From an uncultured Candidatus Pelagibacter sp. (GTDB lineage: Bacteria > Pseudomonadota > Alphaproteobacteria > Pelagibacterales > Pelagibacteraceae), in NCBI GenBank assembly GCA_905612525.1, contig CAJQSG010000006.1, positions 17,665 through 81,664 on the forward strand: a stretch of DNA of 64,000 bases, in the 5' to 3' direction. How positions within the stretch are numbered: position 1 is the stretch's first letter; every line of letters begins with the position of its first letter. Positions 42,628-53,385 of the stretch are shown here, one piece after another. Both the position numbers and the translations under genes were made by a program. Below the pieces are notes generated by a model that saw only the letters and a program-made list of their open reading frames with translations, searched no databases and was not told where the DNA came from.

Positions 42628-44231
42628 TTTATAGTCTGGTTTTCATCATTAGTCATTCCAGAAATGACTATATTGTGATTATCAACAAAGAAATCTTTTT
42701 TACCAAAATATAGACCGCTATCAATATTCATATTATTGTTAGAAGAATTAAATTTCCAACCTTCACCATCAAGGTCTATAAGTATTGATTTACTATCTTG
42801 GGTCTTCATTATTCTAAGATTAGGCTCTAGATGAAATCTAATTTCAAATTTTAAATTTTCAACACCATTTTTGAAAATTATTTTATCATGACCAATAAAC
42901 TTTATCTGTTCAGGATAAAACTCAATTGCTCTCTCATGAACGACGCCATATTGTTTTAAATAACCATCATGCGATGCATTAATTTTCCAGTAATTTTCCT
43001 CAAATACAATATTTTTTTTTAATATTTTTAATCCATGAGAAACTTTAGAATTTTTATTTTTATTTAATTTACATGAAGAACTATTATCTATAGTTAGTGT
43101 ACTATGTGTAGCGCTTGATTTTGATAGTTTATTTAATTGGTGATTGTGGTTTTGAAAATATCCTGAATTACTAATTAATTTTTTTTTGTTTGATATTATT
43201 TCAAAAGATAGTGCACCTGATTGATAGCTTGAAGAAAACTTTTTATCTGGGCTTGGCCCAATGTCCATAATTAATGAAATTTTTTTTTTATTAAGAGATG
43301 CGTACCCACCCAATTCATTACTTTGATTTTTAAAATTATAGCCAAGCTTTTTTAAATAATGATCAAAATCAATATTATTTGTTTCATTGTTACCGTTGAA
43401 AAGTAGATCTACTTTATTATTTTGCCAACAGAACGCATAAGCTTGACCCAAATAATAAATATTTTCATTAATAAAATCGGGTAGCTCATTTTGAGATTCT
43501 TTGAACCACTCTCTAATTAAGATGAAATACTTTAGGTAAAAGCATAATTGTCTGATGCTCCTTGATTTTGGAAAACCATCGTTATCAAAAGAAAATTTTA
43601 CAAGTTTTCTCAATAAGTTTAGCCCTGTTTTTAAATACCGATCTTCATTTTGATAGGATAAACCAGTTAAAATAATCGCTGCACAGCCTATCATTTTATC
43701 GCCAACTAACTCTGATCCTTCTATTTCATTAATCAAATGATTAATTTGTTTTTTTATAACACTATTAAATTTATTTTTGTAGTCAGTGCTACTATCTTCA
43801 TAAGTAAGTCTGGAGTTAGAAGTCCAAGCAATTATTCTTTTTGCTACTATATCAACTTCCCAGCTCTTAGAATTGTATTTATGATTTTTATCTATCCATT
43901 GTAAAATTATATCTTGAGTGCTTTTTTTTGAAGATTTTAAATCCAAACTAAATAACCAAAAAAAACTATTTAAATTTTTATAATCTTTTTCTTTTAAATT
44001 TTTATTATCCCATATTTTATTTAATGAATAATTTTCAATACCAATTTTTTTTTTATTATACTTTATAAGGGAGTCCAGTAAGTTAGGGCTCGGGTGATAT
44101 TCTAAAGAACTATTAATAGATGGAGTAATTTTTCTGTTATAAATATTTGAACCTAAATATAGAGAACGAATTTTTTTTTTAGAAAATATATATGAATTAC
44201 TAATAAGATTTAATGTATTATCAAAAATCAT
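42606..44231 (-). CDS. Heparinase II/III-family protein
   Basis: SGALSFE, NSG, ATHSTL, ASHDGY, RFHL; conserved between rpe and purH in alphaproteobacteria. Confidence 0.82.
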   Translation of the reverse strand: MIFDNTLNLISNSYIFSKKKIRSLYLGSNIYNRKITPSINSSLEYHPSPNLLDSLIKYNKKKIGIENYSLNKIWDNKNLKEKDYKNLNSFFWLFSLDLKSSKKSTQDIILQWIDKNHKYNSKSWEVDIVAKRIIAWTSNSRLTYEDSSTDYKNKFNSVIKKQINHLINEIEGSELVGDKMIGCAAIILTGLSYQNEDRYLKTGLNLLRKLVKFSFDNDGFPKSRSIRQLCFYLKYFILIREWFKESQNELPDFINENIYYLGQAYAFCWQNNKVDLLFNGNNETNNIDFDHYLKKLGYNFKNQSNELGGYASLNKKKISLIMDIGPSPDKKFSSSYQSGALSFEIISNKKKLISNSGYFQNHNHQLNKLSKSSATHSTLTIDNSSSCKLNKNKNSKVSHGLKILKKNIVFEENYWKINASHDGYLKQYGVVHERAIEFYPEQIKFIGHDKIIFKNGVENLKFEIRFHLEPNLRIMKTQDSKSILIDLDGEGWKFNSSNNNMNIDSGLYFGKKDFFVDNHNIVISGMTNDENQTIKWEITKI

Positions 44232-44235
44232 TATT

Positions 44236-44895
44236 TTAACTTGATTTTAAAAGGTCTATATTTTTTTTTATATTTCCATTATTATTTTTGAATACAGTAG
44301 TGCCAGAAACCAAAATATTAGCACCTGCTTCAATAGCTAACTTGCTGTTATCAAAATTAATTCCACCATCAATCTCAATATCAAACTCTAAGTTTTTTTG
44401 GTTTTTTATTTTTTTTAATTCTTTAATTTTATCTAATACTTTAGGCATAAATTTCTGCCCTCCAAATCCAGGATTTACACTCATGATTAAAACTAAATCG
44501 ATTTCATTCAATAAATCAGTTACCAAATTAATTTTAGTTTTAGGGTTTAGTGAAACTCCAACTTTTTTATTTAAACTTTTTATGTGCTGAATAGAATTTT
44601 TTAAATCCTTAGTAGCTTCAGGGTGTATGGTAATAATATCAGCTCCTGCATCAGAATAATCTTGAATGTATTTATGAACAGGAGATATCATTAAATGAAC
44701 ATCAAATGGTAGTCTTGTATATTGTCTTAAAGCCCTAATAATTGGTGCTCCCATGGTTAAATTTGGAACAAAATGACCATCCATCACATCTACGTGAATC
44801 ATGTCAGCACCACCTTCTTCTAGTCTTTTAATTTCATTTCCTAATTGACCAAAGTCAGCAGATAGAATTGATGGTGAAATTTTTATTTTTTTCAT
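44236..44895 (-). CDS. rpe: Ribulose-phosphate 3-epimerase
   Basis: SPSILSADF, HVDVMDGHFVPN, MSVNPGFGGQ, DGGI. Confidence 0.98.
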   Translation of the reverse strand: MKKIKISPSILSADFGQLGNEIKRLEEGGADMIHVDVMDGHFVPNLTMGAPIIRALRQYTRLPFDVHLMISPVHKYIQDYSDAGADIITIHPEATKDLKNSIQHIKSLNKKVGVSLNPKTKINLVTDLLNEIDLVLIMSVNPGFGGQKFMPKVLDKIKELKKIKNQKNLEFDIEIDGGINFDNSKLAIEAGANILVSGTTVFKNNNGNIKKNIDLLKSS

Positions 44896-44941
44896 TGATT
44901 ACCATATTAGTAGTATCAATTTTATTTTTAATTTGAATTAA

Positions 44942-45286
44942 TTATTTACTAAAAATACGATAAATTTCTGCAGCAATTTCACTTTCTAAAGGAAATGACA
45001 ACATTCCCATCACAGAATATCCCAATAGATAGGGCATAAGGTAAAACCTGATCATATAAAAAAACCAAGCCACATAAAGAGGTACAAGAAAGGGTATAAT
45101 GAAAGATGGTGTGATAGGTTTAAATAAATGGATTAATGGGTTTGTTAATTTTACAAATGCTTTCATAAAAAAAAATTCTGAGTTTTCTCTTTGAAAAATA
45201 TTCATCGCCACTCTTCCAATAAGGGTCCACATAACGACACCTAAAATATAATCAATTATTAAAATTAAAGGATGAATATCAGGCAT
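44942..45286 (-). CDS. Small hypothetical membrane protein (possibly YggT-like)
   Basis: Hydrophobic ORF with LTNPL motif, co-oriented with neighbours, fills the gap. Confidence 0.7.
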   Translation of the reverse strand: MPDIHPLILIIDYILGVVMWTLIGRVAMNIFQRENSEFFFMKAFVKLTNPLIHLFKPITPSFIIPFLVPLYVAWFFYMIRFYLMPYLLGYSVMGMLSFPLESEIAAEIYRIFSK

Positions 45287-45320
45287 AAATATAAAAAGGG
45301 ATTTTGTTTTTTAACTTAAC

Positions 45321-45346
45321 TAAGGGGCGAAATAAATCGCCCCTTA
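45321..45346 (-). terminator. GC-rich hairpin downstream of actP (terminator or mRNA-stabilising stem)
   Basis: TAAGGGGCGA-AATAAA-TCGCCCCTTA 10-bp inverted repeat 13 nt after the stop; U-tract weak. Confidence 0.7.
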
Positions 45347-45359
45347 ATATAAAATCTAA

Positions 45360-47174
45360 TTAGTGTTGTTTTCCAAGAATTGATTTACCGCTTGGAATAC
45401 GAAGCTCATCAACCATTGCTTGAGTTCTTGCGTCTGGTTCCTTAGTTGCTAAACTAACGGCAACCATGGCAACTAAACTAACCAATGATCCAACGATACC
45501 AAATGTAAGTTGAGTTATACCCCAGAATCCAGATCCGCCATTTCGTACCCAAATTAAGTACGCCATACCAGAACCTAATCCTAATAGCATTCCTGCAACA
45601 GCACCAGGTCCATTCGCTCTTTTCCACCATACACCAAGTACAAGTGGGAAGAATAATCCTGACATCGCAAAGTCAAAAGCCCAGATTACCGAACCTAAGA
45701 TACCTTGGATACCCATCGCGGCAATAGTTGCTCCAGCAAAACCAATTAATACAAGCAATACCCTTGCAACAATTAGGCGTTTTGCAGCTTCTGCTTTTGG
45801 ATCAATGATCTTGTAATATAAGTCATGAGACAAAGCATTTGCAATTGCTAAAACCAAACCATCAGCAGTAGACATGGCAGCAGCCATACCTCCAGCAGCA
45901 ACCAGACCTGAGATTACATAAGGTAATCCAGCAATTTCTGGTGTAGCTAACACAACGGCTTTACCACCCATGAAAAACTCATTTAATTCAAGAGTTCCAT
46001 TTCCGTTAAAGTCGCTAACAAACATTAGGTTAGCTTGATTCCAGTTTTGATACCAATCTATTGCTTGAACCTCAGCTATTGATTTACCAATAATCCCTGT
46101 TGAAAGTGTTGGGTCAATCAGTGATAGTTTTGATAATGTCGCTAACATCGGTGCAGTTGAGTATAAAATGAAGATGAAAAGTAGCGACCATGCTACAGAT
46201 CTTCTAGCCGATTTTACACTTGGAGTAGTAAAGTATCTCATCATAACATGAGGCAAAGAAGCTGTTCCCGCCATCATACAAATTGCTAGAGAAATGAATC
46301 CCCAGTTTGTTCCATTAACTGATGAGTGTGCTTTAGTTATTCCAGCTAAACCTTTTGGTACCGTAGCTAAGTCGGCAGCTGAGTTTTTCACAAAACCAAA
46401 CTGACTTTCTAGCTCAGCAATTCTAGCTACCTCATCTCCCAACATCAAATGTGGGAAGAATCCAGCACCCATTTTACTACTAATCCAGAATACAGGAAGT
46501 AAGTAAGCAATAATTAAAACTATATATTGCGCAACTTGTGTCCATGTAACTGCTCTCATTCCACCAAGCATAGAACAAAGTAATATACTTGCTAATCCAA
46601 CGTACACAGCTAATTTAAAAGGAATATCTAATGCTACTGAAGCAATAGTTCCTGTTGCATTAATTTGCGCAGTCACATATGTGAATGAAGCTACTGTTAA
46701 TACTAATACCGCACTAAGTCTTGCTGCGTTACCACCATATCTTGTACCCACAAAATCTGGAACTGTGTAACAGCCAAATTTTCTTAGATAAGGTGCTAAC
46801 AAAGTAGATACAAGTATATATCCACCTGTCCATCCAACTAACAGTGCCATATATCCATAACCTTTGAAGTAGATACCACCTGCCATTGCAACGAATGATG
46901 CACCAGACATCCAGTCTGCTGCAGTAGCCATTCCGTTAAATACAGTAGGTACTTGTCTTCCTGCTACGTAATATGCATCCATCTGAAGTGTACGTGATAA
47001 CCAACCGATTATTGCATAGATAGCAATGGTGAATACAACAAAAGAAATTCCTATTGCTTTTGCAGTCATCCCCATTTGTTCAGCAATCGCCATTAATATT
47101 ATGAATCCTATAAAACCACCCGTATAGATTCCATAAACTTTTGGTAGATTGTCTATAAATTTACCTTTTATCAT
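45360..47174 (-). CDS. actP: Sodium:solute symporter, ActP/YjcG-like monocarboxylate permease
   Basis: NGMATAADWMSGASF, LLAPYLRKFG, GGMRAVTWTQVAQY, GTASLPHV; about 13 TMs; near acs. Confidence 0.92.
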   Translation of the reverse strand: MIKGKFIDNLPKVYGIYTGGFIGFIILMAIAEQMGMTAKAIGISFVVFTIAIYAIIGWLSRTLQMDAYYVAGRQVPTVFNGMATAADWMSGASFVAMAGGIYFKGYGYMALLVGWTGGYILVSTLLAPYLRKFGCYTVPDFVGTRYGGNAARLSAVLVLTVASFTYVTAQINATGTIASVALDIPFKLAVYVGLASILLCSMLGGMRAVTWTQVAQYIVLIIAYLLPVFWISSKMGAGFFPHLMLGDEVARIAELESQFGFVKNSAADLATVPKGLAGITKAHSSVNGTNWGFISLAICMMAGTASLPHVMMRYFTTPSVKSARRSVAWSLLFIFILYSTAPMLATLSKLSLIDPTLSTGIIGKSIAEVQAIDWYQNWNQANLMFVSDFNGNGTLELNEFFMGGKAVVLATPEIAGLPYVISGLVAAGGMAAAMSTADGLVLAIANALSHDLYYKIIDPKAEAAKRLIVARVLLVLIGFAGATIAAMGIQGILGSVIWAFDFAMSGLFFPLVLGVWWKRANGPGAVAGMLLGLGSGMAYLIWVRNGGSGFWGITQLTFGIVGSLVSLVAMVAVSLATKEPDARTQAMVDELRIPSGKSILGKQH

Positions 47175-47437
47175 TAGCTATCCTCTCTTTCAGTGAAACC
47201 AAACTCTTCATCTATCTTCTCTTGTCTACCCGCAAACCAGAAATTCAAAATTACAAATGCTAATAATGAACCCTGACATGTCATGTAATATGACAGTGGA
47301 TAACCAAAAGGTTTGAAGCTAGATGCTTCCATTTCAGTTCCGAAAAAAAAGATGCCAATTGAGAATACAAACCAAATTGCTAAAGTAACGAATAGCAAAC
47401 CTTTAGTTTTTTCCCAGTGTTGTGCTTGTTTTGACAT
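47174..47437 (-). CDS. DUF4212-family small subunit of solute:sodium symporter
   Basis: Two TMs, GYPLSYYMTCQGS motif, immediately upstream of the symporter, strong GGGAG SD. Confidence 0.88.
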   Translation of the reverse strand: MSKQAQHWEKTKGLLFVTLAIWFVFSIGIFFFGTEMEASSFKPFGYPLSYYMTCQGSLLAFVILNFWFAGRQEKIDEEFGFTEREDS

Positions 47438-47557
47438 TTTTACTCTCCCTATATAGTTAAGTGGGAAACCTTAACCATAATGAGGTAGATTGAAAGCCTT
47501 TAAATAGTTCGAATTAGAGCCATTTTTGTAATATAAAGCACCCAAAAGTAGGAAAAT

Positions 47558-48181
47558 GTGCTCAAATATAAACTTAAAATAAAAGATATAAAACTAGAAG
47601 ATATTAGAGTTTACCTATTTGCTTTATTCAAGGGAATACTTCCAAAGAAGAAAATTAAGAATATTGAAGATCTTGCATTATTTATTCAAAAACAATCAGC
47701 ATGGGTATCCCAGGTAACTTTGTACAACTATTTAAAAACAAGAATGGGTACAAAGTGGGTATTGCACTTTGATGATGAGATATTTTTAGCATCTATCAAT
47801 AAAGCCAAATGGAATATTTATTCTATAGCACTTCAAGACCTTACTTTTTATACTCTATCATATTTGAGTGTTTTTTATAATTATAAAGACATAGACAAGG
47901 CCAATGATATTTATAATGAAATTTTGACCAAAGAAAAAGAAAATGAAATGCCTGAAGAAATTATTTTGCAGGCGAAAAAAAAATTTACAGAACGATTACA
48001 AAAGATTGATTGGAACTTATATTATAAATCTTGGCCATTTAATGAGAGTGCACTAACTTTATATGAGTGGGCTCCGGTTGCTGAAGAATTAAAAACTTTA
48101 GATAGAAAAATAGTTTTAAATTCTATGATTTTAAAATGGGATAATATTAAAGATGAGTTTGCTAAATTAATTAATATTTAA
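47558..48181 (+). CDS. Conserved hypothetical protein
   Basis: 207-aa ORF filling the gap; [14 protein letters not shown] and WAPVAEELK-type segments; function not recognised. Confidence 0.7.
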   Translation: MLKYKLKIKDIKLEDIRVYLFALFKGILPKKKIKNIEDLALFIQKQSAWVSQVTLYNYLKTRMGTKWVLHFDDEIFLASINKAKWNIYSIALQDLTFYTLSYLSVFYNYKDIDKANDIYNEILTKEKENEMPEEIILQAKKKFTERLQKIDWNLYYKSWPFNESALTLYEWAPVAEELKTLDRKIVLNSMILKWDNIKDEFAKLINI

Positions 48182-50211
48182 ATATTTTTTCTATCATCAA
48201 CTAAACTTTGAACAACACTTGAATCTGCTAAAGTTGAAGTATCACCTAATTGATCATGTTCATTAGCTGCAATTTTTCTTAAAATTCTTCTCATAATTTT
48301 CCCAGATCTTGTTTTGGGAAGTCCTGGTGAAAAATGAATGATATCTGGTGTTGCAAGCGGTCCAATTTGTTTCCTAACCCAAAGTTTTAATTCTCTCTCA
48401 AGATCTAAATTGTTTTTTTCTCCAATATTTAAAGTTACATAACAATATAGTCCATTTCCCTTAATATCATGAGGAAAACCAACAACGGCAGCTTCAGCAA
48501 CTTTTGGATGTGCAACAAAAGCGCTTTCTATTTCTGCTGTTCCAAGATTGTGTCCAGAAACAATAATTACATCATCAACGCGACCTGTGATCCAGTAGTA
48601 GCCATCTTTATCTCTTCTAGCACCATCACCAGTAAAATACTTTCCATCAAATTGAGAAAAATAAGTATCAATAAATCTTTGATGGTCACCATAAACGGTT
48701 CTCATTTGCCCTGGCCAAGATTGAGAGAGACATAACCTTCCTTCTCCAGGTCCTTTTATTTCTTTACCTTCTTTATCAACTATAGCGGGTTTAATTCCAT
48801 AAAATGGTTTGGTTGCAGAACCAGGTTTTAAATTCATAGCTCCTGTTTGTGGGCTAATTAAAATTCCCCCAGTTTCAGTTTGCCACCATGTGTCAACTAT
48901 TGGGCATTTAGAGTTTCCAACTGTTTTATAGTACCACACCCAAGCTTCTGGATTGATGGGTTCCCCAACAGTTCCTAGTAATTTCAAAGATTTTCTTGAA
49001 GTTTTTTTAACAGGCTTATCTCCCTCTCTCATTAAAGCTCTAATAGCGGTTGGTGCAGTATAAAAAATATTAACTTTATATTTATCAATTATTTGCCACC
49101 ACCTTGAGCTATCAGGATAAGTAGGAATTCCTTCAAACATTATTGTTGTTGCGCCATTAGCAAGTGGACCATAAATTATATAACTATGTCCCGTTACCCA
49201 ACCAATATCAGCTGTGCACCAGTAAATATCTTTTGGTTTATAATTAAAAACATATTGGTGAGTCATTGAGGCATAAACCATATAACCACCTGTCGTGTGC
49301 AAAACTCCTTTTGGTGTACCAGTAGAACCAGATGTATAAAGAATAAATAAAGGATCTTCAGCATTCATTTCTTCAGGTTCACATTTACTAGGTACATCTT
49401 TAATTAAATCGTTATACCAAACATCTCTTCCCTTTACCCAATTAATTTTATTACCAGTTCTCTTTACAACAATGCATCTTTTTACATTTGGACACTCCCT
49501 TAGTGCTTCATCAGTTATTTCTTTTAAGGGAATAGTTTTTCCACCTCTTACACCTTCATCTGCTGTAATTATAAATTCAGATTTGCAGTCATTAACTCTT
49601 CCTGAAATTGAGGCAGCAGAAAAACCACCAAAGATGATAGAGTGAATAGCACCAATTCTAGCACAAGCTAGCATTGTGATTGCGAGTTCAGGAATCATGG
49701 TTAAGTAAATTGTAACTCGATCCCCTTTTTTTATTCCTAATTTTTTTAAACCATTAGCAGCCTTAGAAACTTCTTGGTGTAATTGCTTATATGAAATTTT
49801 TCTAGTATCTTTTGGATCGTCACCAACCCAAATAATTGCAGTTTTATCTTTTTTATCTTTAAGATGACGATCGATACAATTACTTGATGCGTTTAATGTT
49901 CCATCTTCATACCATTTAATTTTAACATCTGTTTTACTAAATTTAACATTCTTGATTTTTTTATAAGGTTTAATCCAGGTTATTCTTTTTCCCTCTTTTT
50001 TCCAAAACTCATTGTTATTTTTAATAGAATCAGAATACTTCTTTTGATATCTAGCTTTATTAACTAAAGCACTTTTTAACCATTCAGGTTTAGTTTTATA
50101 AATTAATTCTTTGTCCTCAACATTTTTATGGGTATCATTTTTAATTTTAGATTTTACTTTCTTAAAAACTTTTTTTTTAATTTTAGATTTTTTTTTTTTT
50201 TTGGATATCAT
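48178..50211 (-). CDS. acs: Acetyl-CoA synthetase
   Basis: [38 protein letters not shown]. Confidence 0.99.
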   Translation of the reverse strand: MISKKKKKSKIKKKVFKKVKSKIKNDTHKNVEDKELIYKTKPEWLKSALVNKARYQKKYSDSIKNNNEFWKKEGKRITWIKPYKKIKNVKFSKTDVKIKWYEDGTLNASSNCIDRHLKDKKDKTAIIWVGDDPKDTRKISYKQLHQEVSKAANGLKKLGIKKGDRVTIYLTMIPELAITMLACARIGAIHSIIFGGFSAASISGRVNDCKSEFIITADEGVRGGKTIPLKEITDEALRECPNVKRCIVVKRTGNKINWVKGRDVWYNDLIKDVPSKCEPEEMNAEDPLFILYTSGSTGTPKGVLHTTGGYMVYASMTHQYVFNYKPKDIYWCTADIGWVTGHSYIIYGPLANGATTIMFEGIPTYPDSSRWWQIIDKYKVNIFYTAPTAIRALMREGDKPVKKTSRKSLKLLGTVGEPINPEAWVWYYKTVGNSKCPIVDTWWQTETGGILISPQTGAMNLKPGSATKPFYGIKPAIVDKEGKEIKGPGEGRLCLSQSWPGQMRTVYGDHQRFIDTYFSQFDGKYFTGDGARRDKDGYYWITGRVDDVIIVSGHNLGTAEIESAFVAHPKVAEAAVVGFPHDIKGNGLYCYVTLNIGEKNNLDLERELKLWVRKQIGPLATPDIIHFSPGLPKTRSGKIMRRILRKIAANEHDQLGDTSTLADSSVVQSLVDDRKNI
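50188..50202. repeat. 15-bp A/T homopolymer in acs codons 4-8
   Basis: T15 on the + strand (A15, five Lys codons, on the coding strand). Confidence 0.9.
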
Positions 50212-50627
50212 TTATAAATATTACCCATCTTATATAAAATTTTCCAGCTTTTAGAATCTATTGGCATAACGGATAGTCTACTTTGCTTTATAAGTGATAA
50301 ATGATGGAGAGTTTTAGTTTTTTTAACTTCAATTAATGTAACGCTTTTTTTCAACTTTTCTTTAAATTTTACTTGAACAGCAACAAAACGCCCGTCCTTG
50401 TCAGTTTTATCAATAAATGCTTCTTTGATCACCTCAACTATACCAACAATCTCTTTTCCAATATTTGAATGATAAAAAAAACAAAGGTCTCCTTTTCTCA
50501 TATTTCTTAAGTTTTTTGCTGCTTGATAATTTCTTACACCATCCCATGGAGCACCTTTAGCACCAGCTTTTTTTTGTTGGTCAATTGACCAAACATCAGG
50601 TTCTGACTTCATTAACCAATACTGCAT
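50208..50627 (-). CDS. EVE-domain protein
   Basis: [29 protein letters not shown]. Confidence 0.96.
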   Translation of the reverse strand: MQYWLMKSEPDVWSIDQQKKAGAKGAPWDGVRNYQAAKNLRNMRKGDLCFFYHSNIGKEIVGIVEVIKEAFIDKTDKDGRFVAVQVKFKEKLKKSVTLIEVKKTKTLHHLSLIKQSRLSVMPIDSKSWKILYKMGNIYK

Positions 50628-51700
50628 TATAGTCTTACTCCAGCACCTTTTAAAAAAGCAGCATCTTCATCTAAAGGCCACCTAGGTTTTGCTGGATGAT
50701 CCAACTCACTAAATTGTTTAAGTTTAAATTTTTCTAATCCAACCATTGCAATCATTGCAGCATTATCCCCACACAGGTTAATTGGAGGAAATATTGCCTC
50801 AAAGCCCTCTTCCTCACAAAGGTTAGTTAACACCTCTCTAATTCTTTTATTTGCAGCAACACCACCCGCAACTACAAATTTATTTTTATTTGTTTGATTC
50901 ATTTTTTTAAATTCTTCAAAAGCAATTTTACTTTTCTTATATAATATTTCTTCAATAGTTCTTTGAAAAGATGCTGCTAAATCATATTTTTCTTGGTCAG
51001 TTTTAACTTGCTTTGAAATTTTTAAAACAGCAGTTTTTAACCCTGCAAAAGATAAATTGCACCCACCTCTATGAAAAATCGGTTTAGGTAATTCATATTT
51101 TTTAGGATCACCTTTTTTTGCATACACTTCTATCTGGGGTCCTCCAGGAAACTCTATACCTAATAATTTAGCTGTTTTATCAAAAGCCTCACCTACAGCA
51201 TCATCAATAGTTGTTCCTAATCGTTTATAATTTCCTAAACCTTGAACACTTAAAAATTGAGTATGACCACCAGAAATTAAAAGTAAAAGATAGGGATAAT
51301 TTAATTCAGAATTTAGTTTAGGGCTTAAAGCATGACCCTCTAAATGATTAACAGCAATGAAAGGTTTATTAAGTGAAGAGGCCATTGCTTTTCCAAAGCT
51401 TAACCCAACAGACAGACAAACTATAAGACCGGGCCCAGCAGTTGCTGCTATAGCATCTATGTTTTCCATTTTTACTCCACTTTTATCAATTGCTTTTTTT
51501 GTAATTAAATCTATTTTTTCTATATGCGATCTTGCAGCAAGCTCAGGAACAACGCCACCAAATTCTTTATGAATATCAACCTGACTCGAAACAATACTTG
51601 ATAAAATTGTTGCCATACCTTGTTCATTTTCAGTTATGATAGAAGCAGCCGTTTCATCACAGCTTGATTCAATTCCTAGAATTATGGGCTTTTTATTCAT
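50627..51700 (-). CDS. tsaD: tRNA t6A37 threonylcarbamoyltransferase TsaD
   Basis: GIESSCDETA, GGVVPELAARSH, NHLEGH, SGGHT, DNAAMIA. Confidence 0.98.
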   Translation of the reverse strand: MNKKPIILGIESSCDETAASIITENEQGMATILSSIVSSQVDIHKEFGGVVPELAARSHIEKIDLITKKAIDKSGVKMENIDAIAATAGPGLIVCLSVGLSFGKAMASSLNKPFIAVNHLEGHALSPKLNSELNYPYLLLLISGGHTQFLSVQGLGNYKRLGTTIDDAVGEAFDKTAKLLGIEFPGGPQIEVYAKKGDPKKYELPKPIFHRGGCNLSFAGLKTAVLKISKQVKTDQEKYDLAASFQRTIEEILYKKSKIAFEEFKKMNQTNKNKFVVAGGVAANKRIREVLTNLCEEEGFEAIFPPINLCGDNAAMIAMVGLEKFKLKQFSELDHPAKPRWPLDEDAAFLKGAGVRL

Positions 51701-51759
51701 TAAATTAGTTTTTATTAATAATACAATCTCAATATAAGTATGCAGTATAAAGCAAATAA

Positions 51760-52683
51760 ATGAAAAATAAAAAAATTATTATAGGATCAAGAGGAAGTAA
51801 GTTAGCACTGATCTATGCTGAAAAAGCTAGGAAAAAAATTCTAACCTATGCAAAAGATTTTGGAATTGAAGAAGTAACCATTAAAAACATTGTAACTAAG
51901 GGTGATCAGGTTCAAGATATAAGATTATCCGAAGTAGGTGGTAAGGGGCTTTTTTCTAAGACTATAGAGGTTGAGTTATTAGATAATAAAATAGATATAG
52001 CTGTTCATGCATTAAAAGACATGCCTTCTGAAGAAACTGAAGGATTATTGACAAATTGTTTTTTGGAAAGAAATGATCCAAGAGAAATTTTAATTAGTAG
52101 AGACAATAAAAATTTAAAAGACTTAGCCCCAAATGCAATTATTGGAACCTCTTCATTTAGAAGAGAGTTTCAAATAAAGCAAATAAGAAAAGATCTGGAG
52201 TGCAAACTAATAAGAGGCAATGTTGATACAAGAATAAAAAAACTTAATGATAATTTATATGACGCAATTATTTTATCTTATGCAGGAATTAATTCTTTAG
52301 GTTTAAATAAGAATATATCTCAAACTTTTTCTACTACAGAAATAATACCTTGTGCAGGGCAGGGAGTTATTGCCCTACAGTGCAGAAGTAATGATGAAGA
52401 GTTAATTCAATTATTAAAAAAAGTTAATCATCAATTAACGCATAGCTCCATAAAAGCTGAAAGAAATGTTTTAAAAGTTTTAGAAGGAGATTGTGAAACG
52501 GCAGTAGGAGTATTTGCTAGTATTGATGGTGATAAAATTAATCTTGAAGCCGAGCTTTTTTCGCTAGATGGTAGTAAAAGATTTCACTTAAAATCATCTG
52601 AAAATGTAGATAATGCTAATAAATTGGGAATAGAGATGGGAAAAACTCTTAAAAAGATATCTAATAATTCTTATAAAAAATAA
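51760..52683 (+). CDS. hemC: Hydroxymethylbilane synthase
   Basis: GSRGSKLAL, GGKGLF, DIAVHALKD, GTSSFRR, RGNVDTR, EGDC. Confidence 0.98.
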   Translation: MKNKKIIIGSRGSKLALIYAEKARKKILTYAKDFGIEEVTIKNIVTKGDQVQDIRLSEVGGKGLFSKTIEVELLDNKIDIAVHALKDMPSEETEGLLTNCFLERNDPREILISRDNKNLKDLAPNAIIGTSSFRREFQIKQIRKDLECKLIRGNVDTRIKKLNDNLYDAIILSYAGINSLGLNKNISQTFSTTEIIPCAGQGVIALQCRSNDEELIQLLKKVNHQLTHSSIKAERNVLKVLEGDCETAVGVFASIDGDKINLEAELFSLDGSKRFHLKSSENVDNANKLGIEMGKTLKKISNNSYKK

Positions 52684-52684
52684 T

Positions 52685-53383
52685 ATGCATATCTTGTTTA
52701 CAAGACCACTAGAAGACTGTCATGAAATGATATTAAAGTTTCGATCGCTTGGTCATGAAGTTTCTCATTTACCACTAATTAATATTGAAGGTTTAAAATA
52801 TGAGCCTTTAAATTATTCTGATTTTAGAGGAATTATTTTTACAAGTGCTAACGCAGTTAAATTTTTAGATATAAAAAATATTGATAAAAAAATAGCATGT
52901 TTTTGTGTGGGAAGTGCTACTGAAAAAAAAGCTAGAAGTAGTGGCTTTCAAAATGTTTATGCTGCAGATGGGAATGTAAATAATTTAAAAGAATTAATTT
53001 TACAAAATTTTAACTCTTCTGAGGGAAAATTACTTTATATCAGCGGAGAAATAATTTCTAGTAATTTAGATCAGGATCTAATTTCAAATGGTTACACTAT
53101 GAAACGAGTAATCAACTATAGAGCCAACCCAATTGAAAAGTACGATGACGACTTTATTGAAAAACTAAAATTAAAAATACCAGAAATTACTTATATTTAC
53201 TCACAAAACAGCGCTATTAATTTTTTAAAAGTAATTAAAAATTATCAGCTAGAAACCCTATGGATGAATACTAATTTAATGTGCGTCGGTGAAAAAACCT
53301 CTTCAACTCTTAATGAAATTAAGTGGAAAAAAATTTTTCTTTTTAACCCTGGAGAAGAAGAATTTTTGCTATATAAAATTTAA
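52685..53383 (+). CDS. hemD: Uroporphyrinogen-III synthase
   Basis: ILFTRP, FTSANAV, VGSAT; follows hemC. Confidence 0.92.
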   Translation: MHILFTRPLEDCHEMILKFRSLGHEVSHLPLINIEGLKYEPLNYSDFRGIIFTSANAVKFLDIKNIDKKIACFCVGSATEKKARSSGFQNVYAADGNVNNLKELILQNFNSSEGKLLYISGEIISSNLDQDLISNGYTMKRVINYRANPIEKYDDDFIEKLKLKIPEITYIYSQNSAINFLKVIKNYQLETLWMNTNLMCVGEKTSSTLNEIKWKKIFLFNPGEEEFLLYKI

Positions 53384-53385
53384 TT

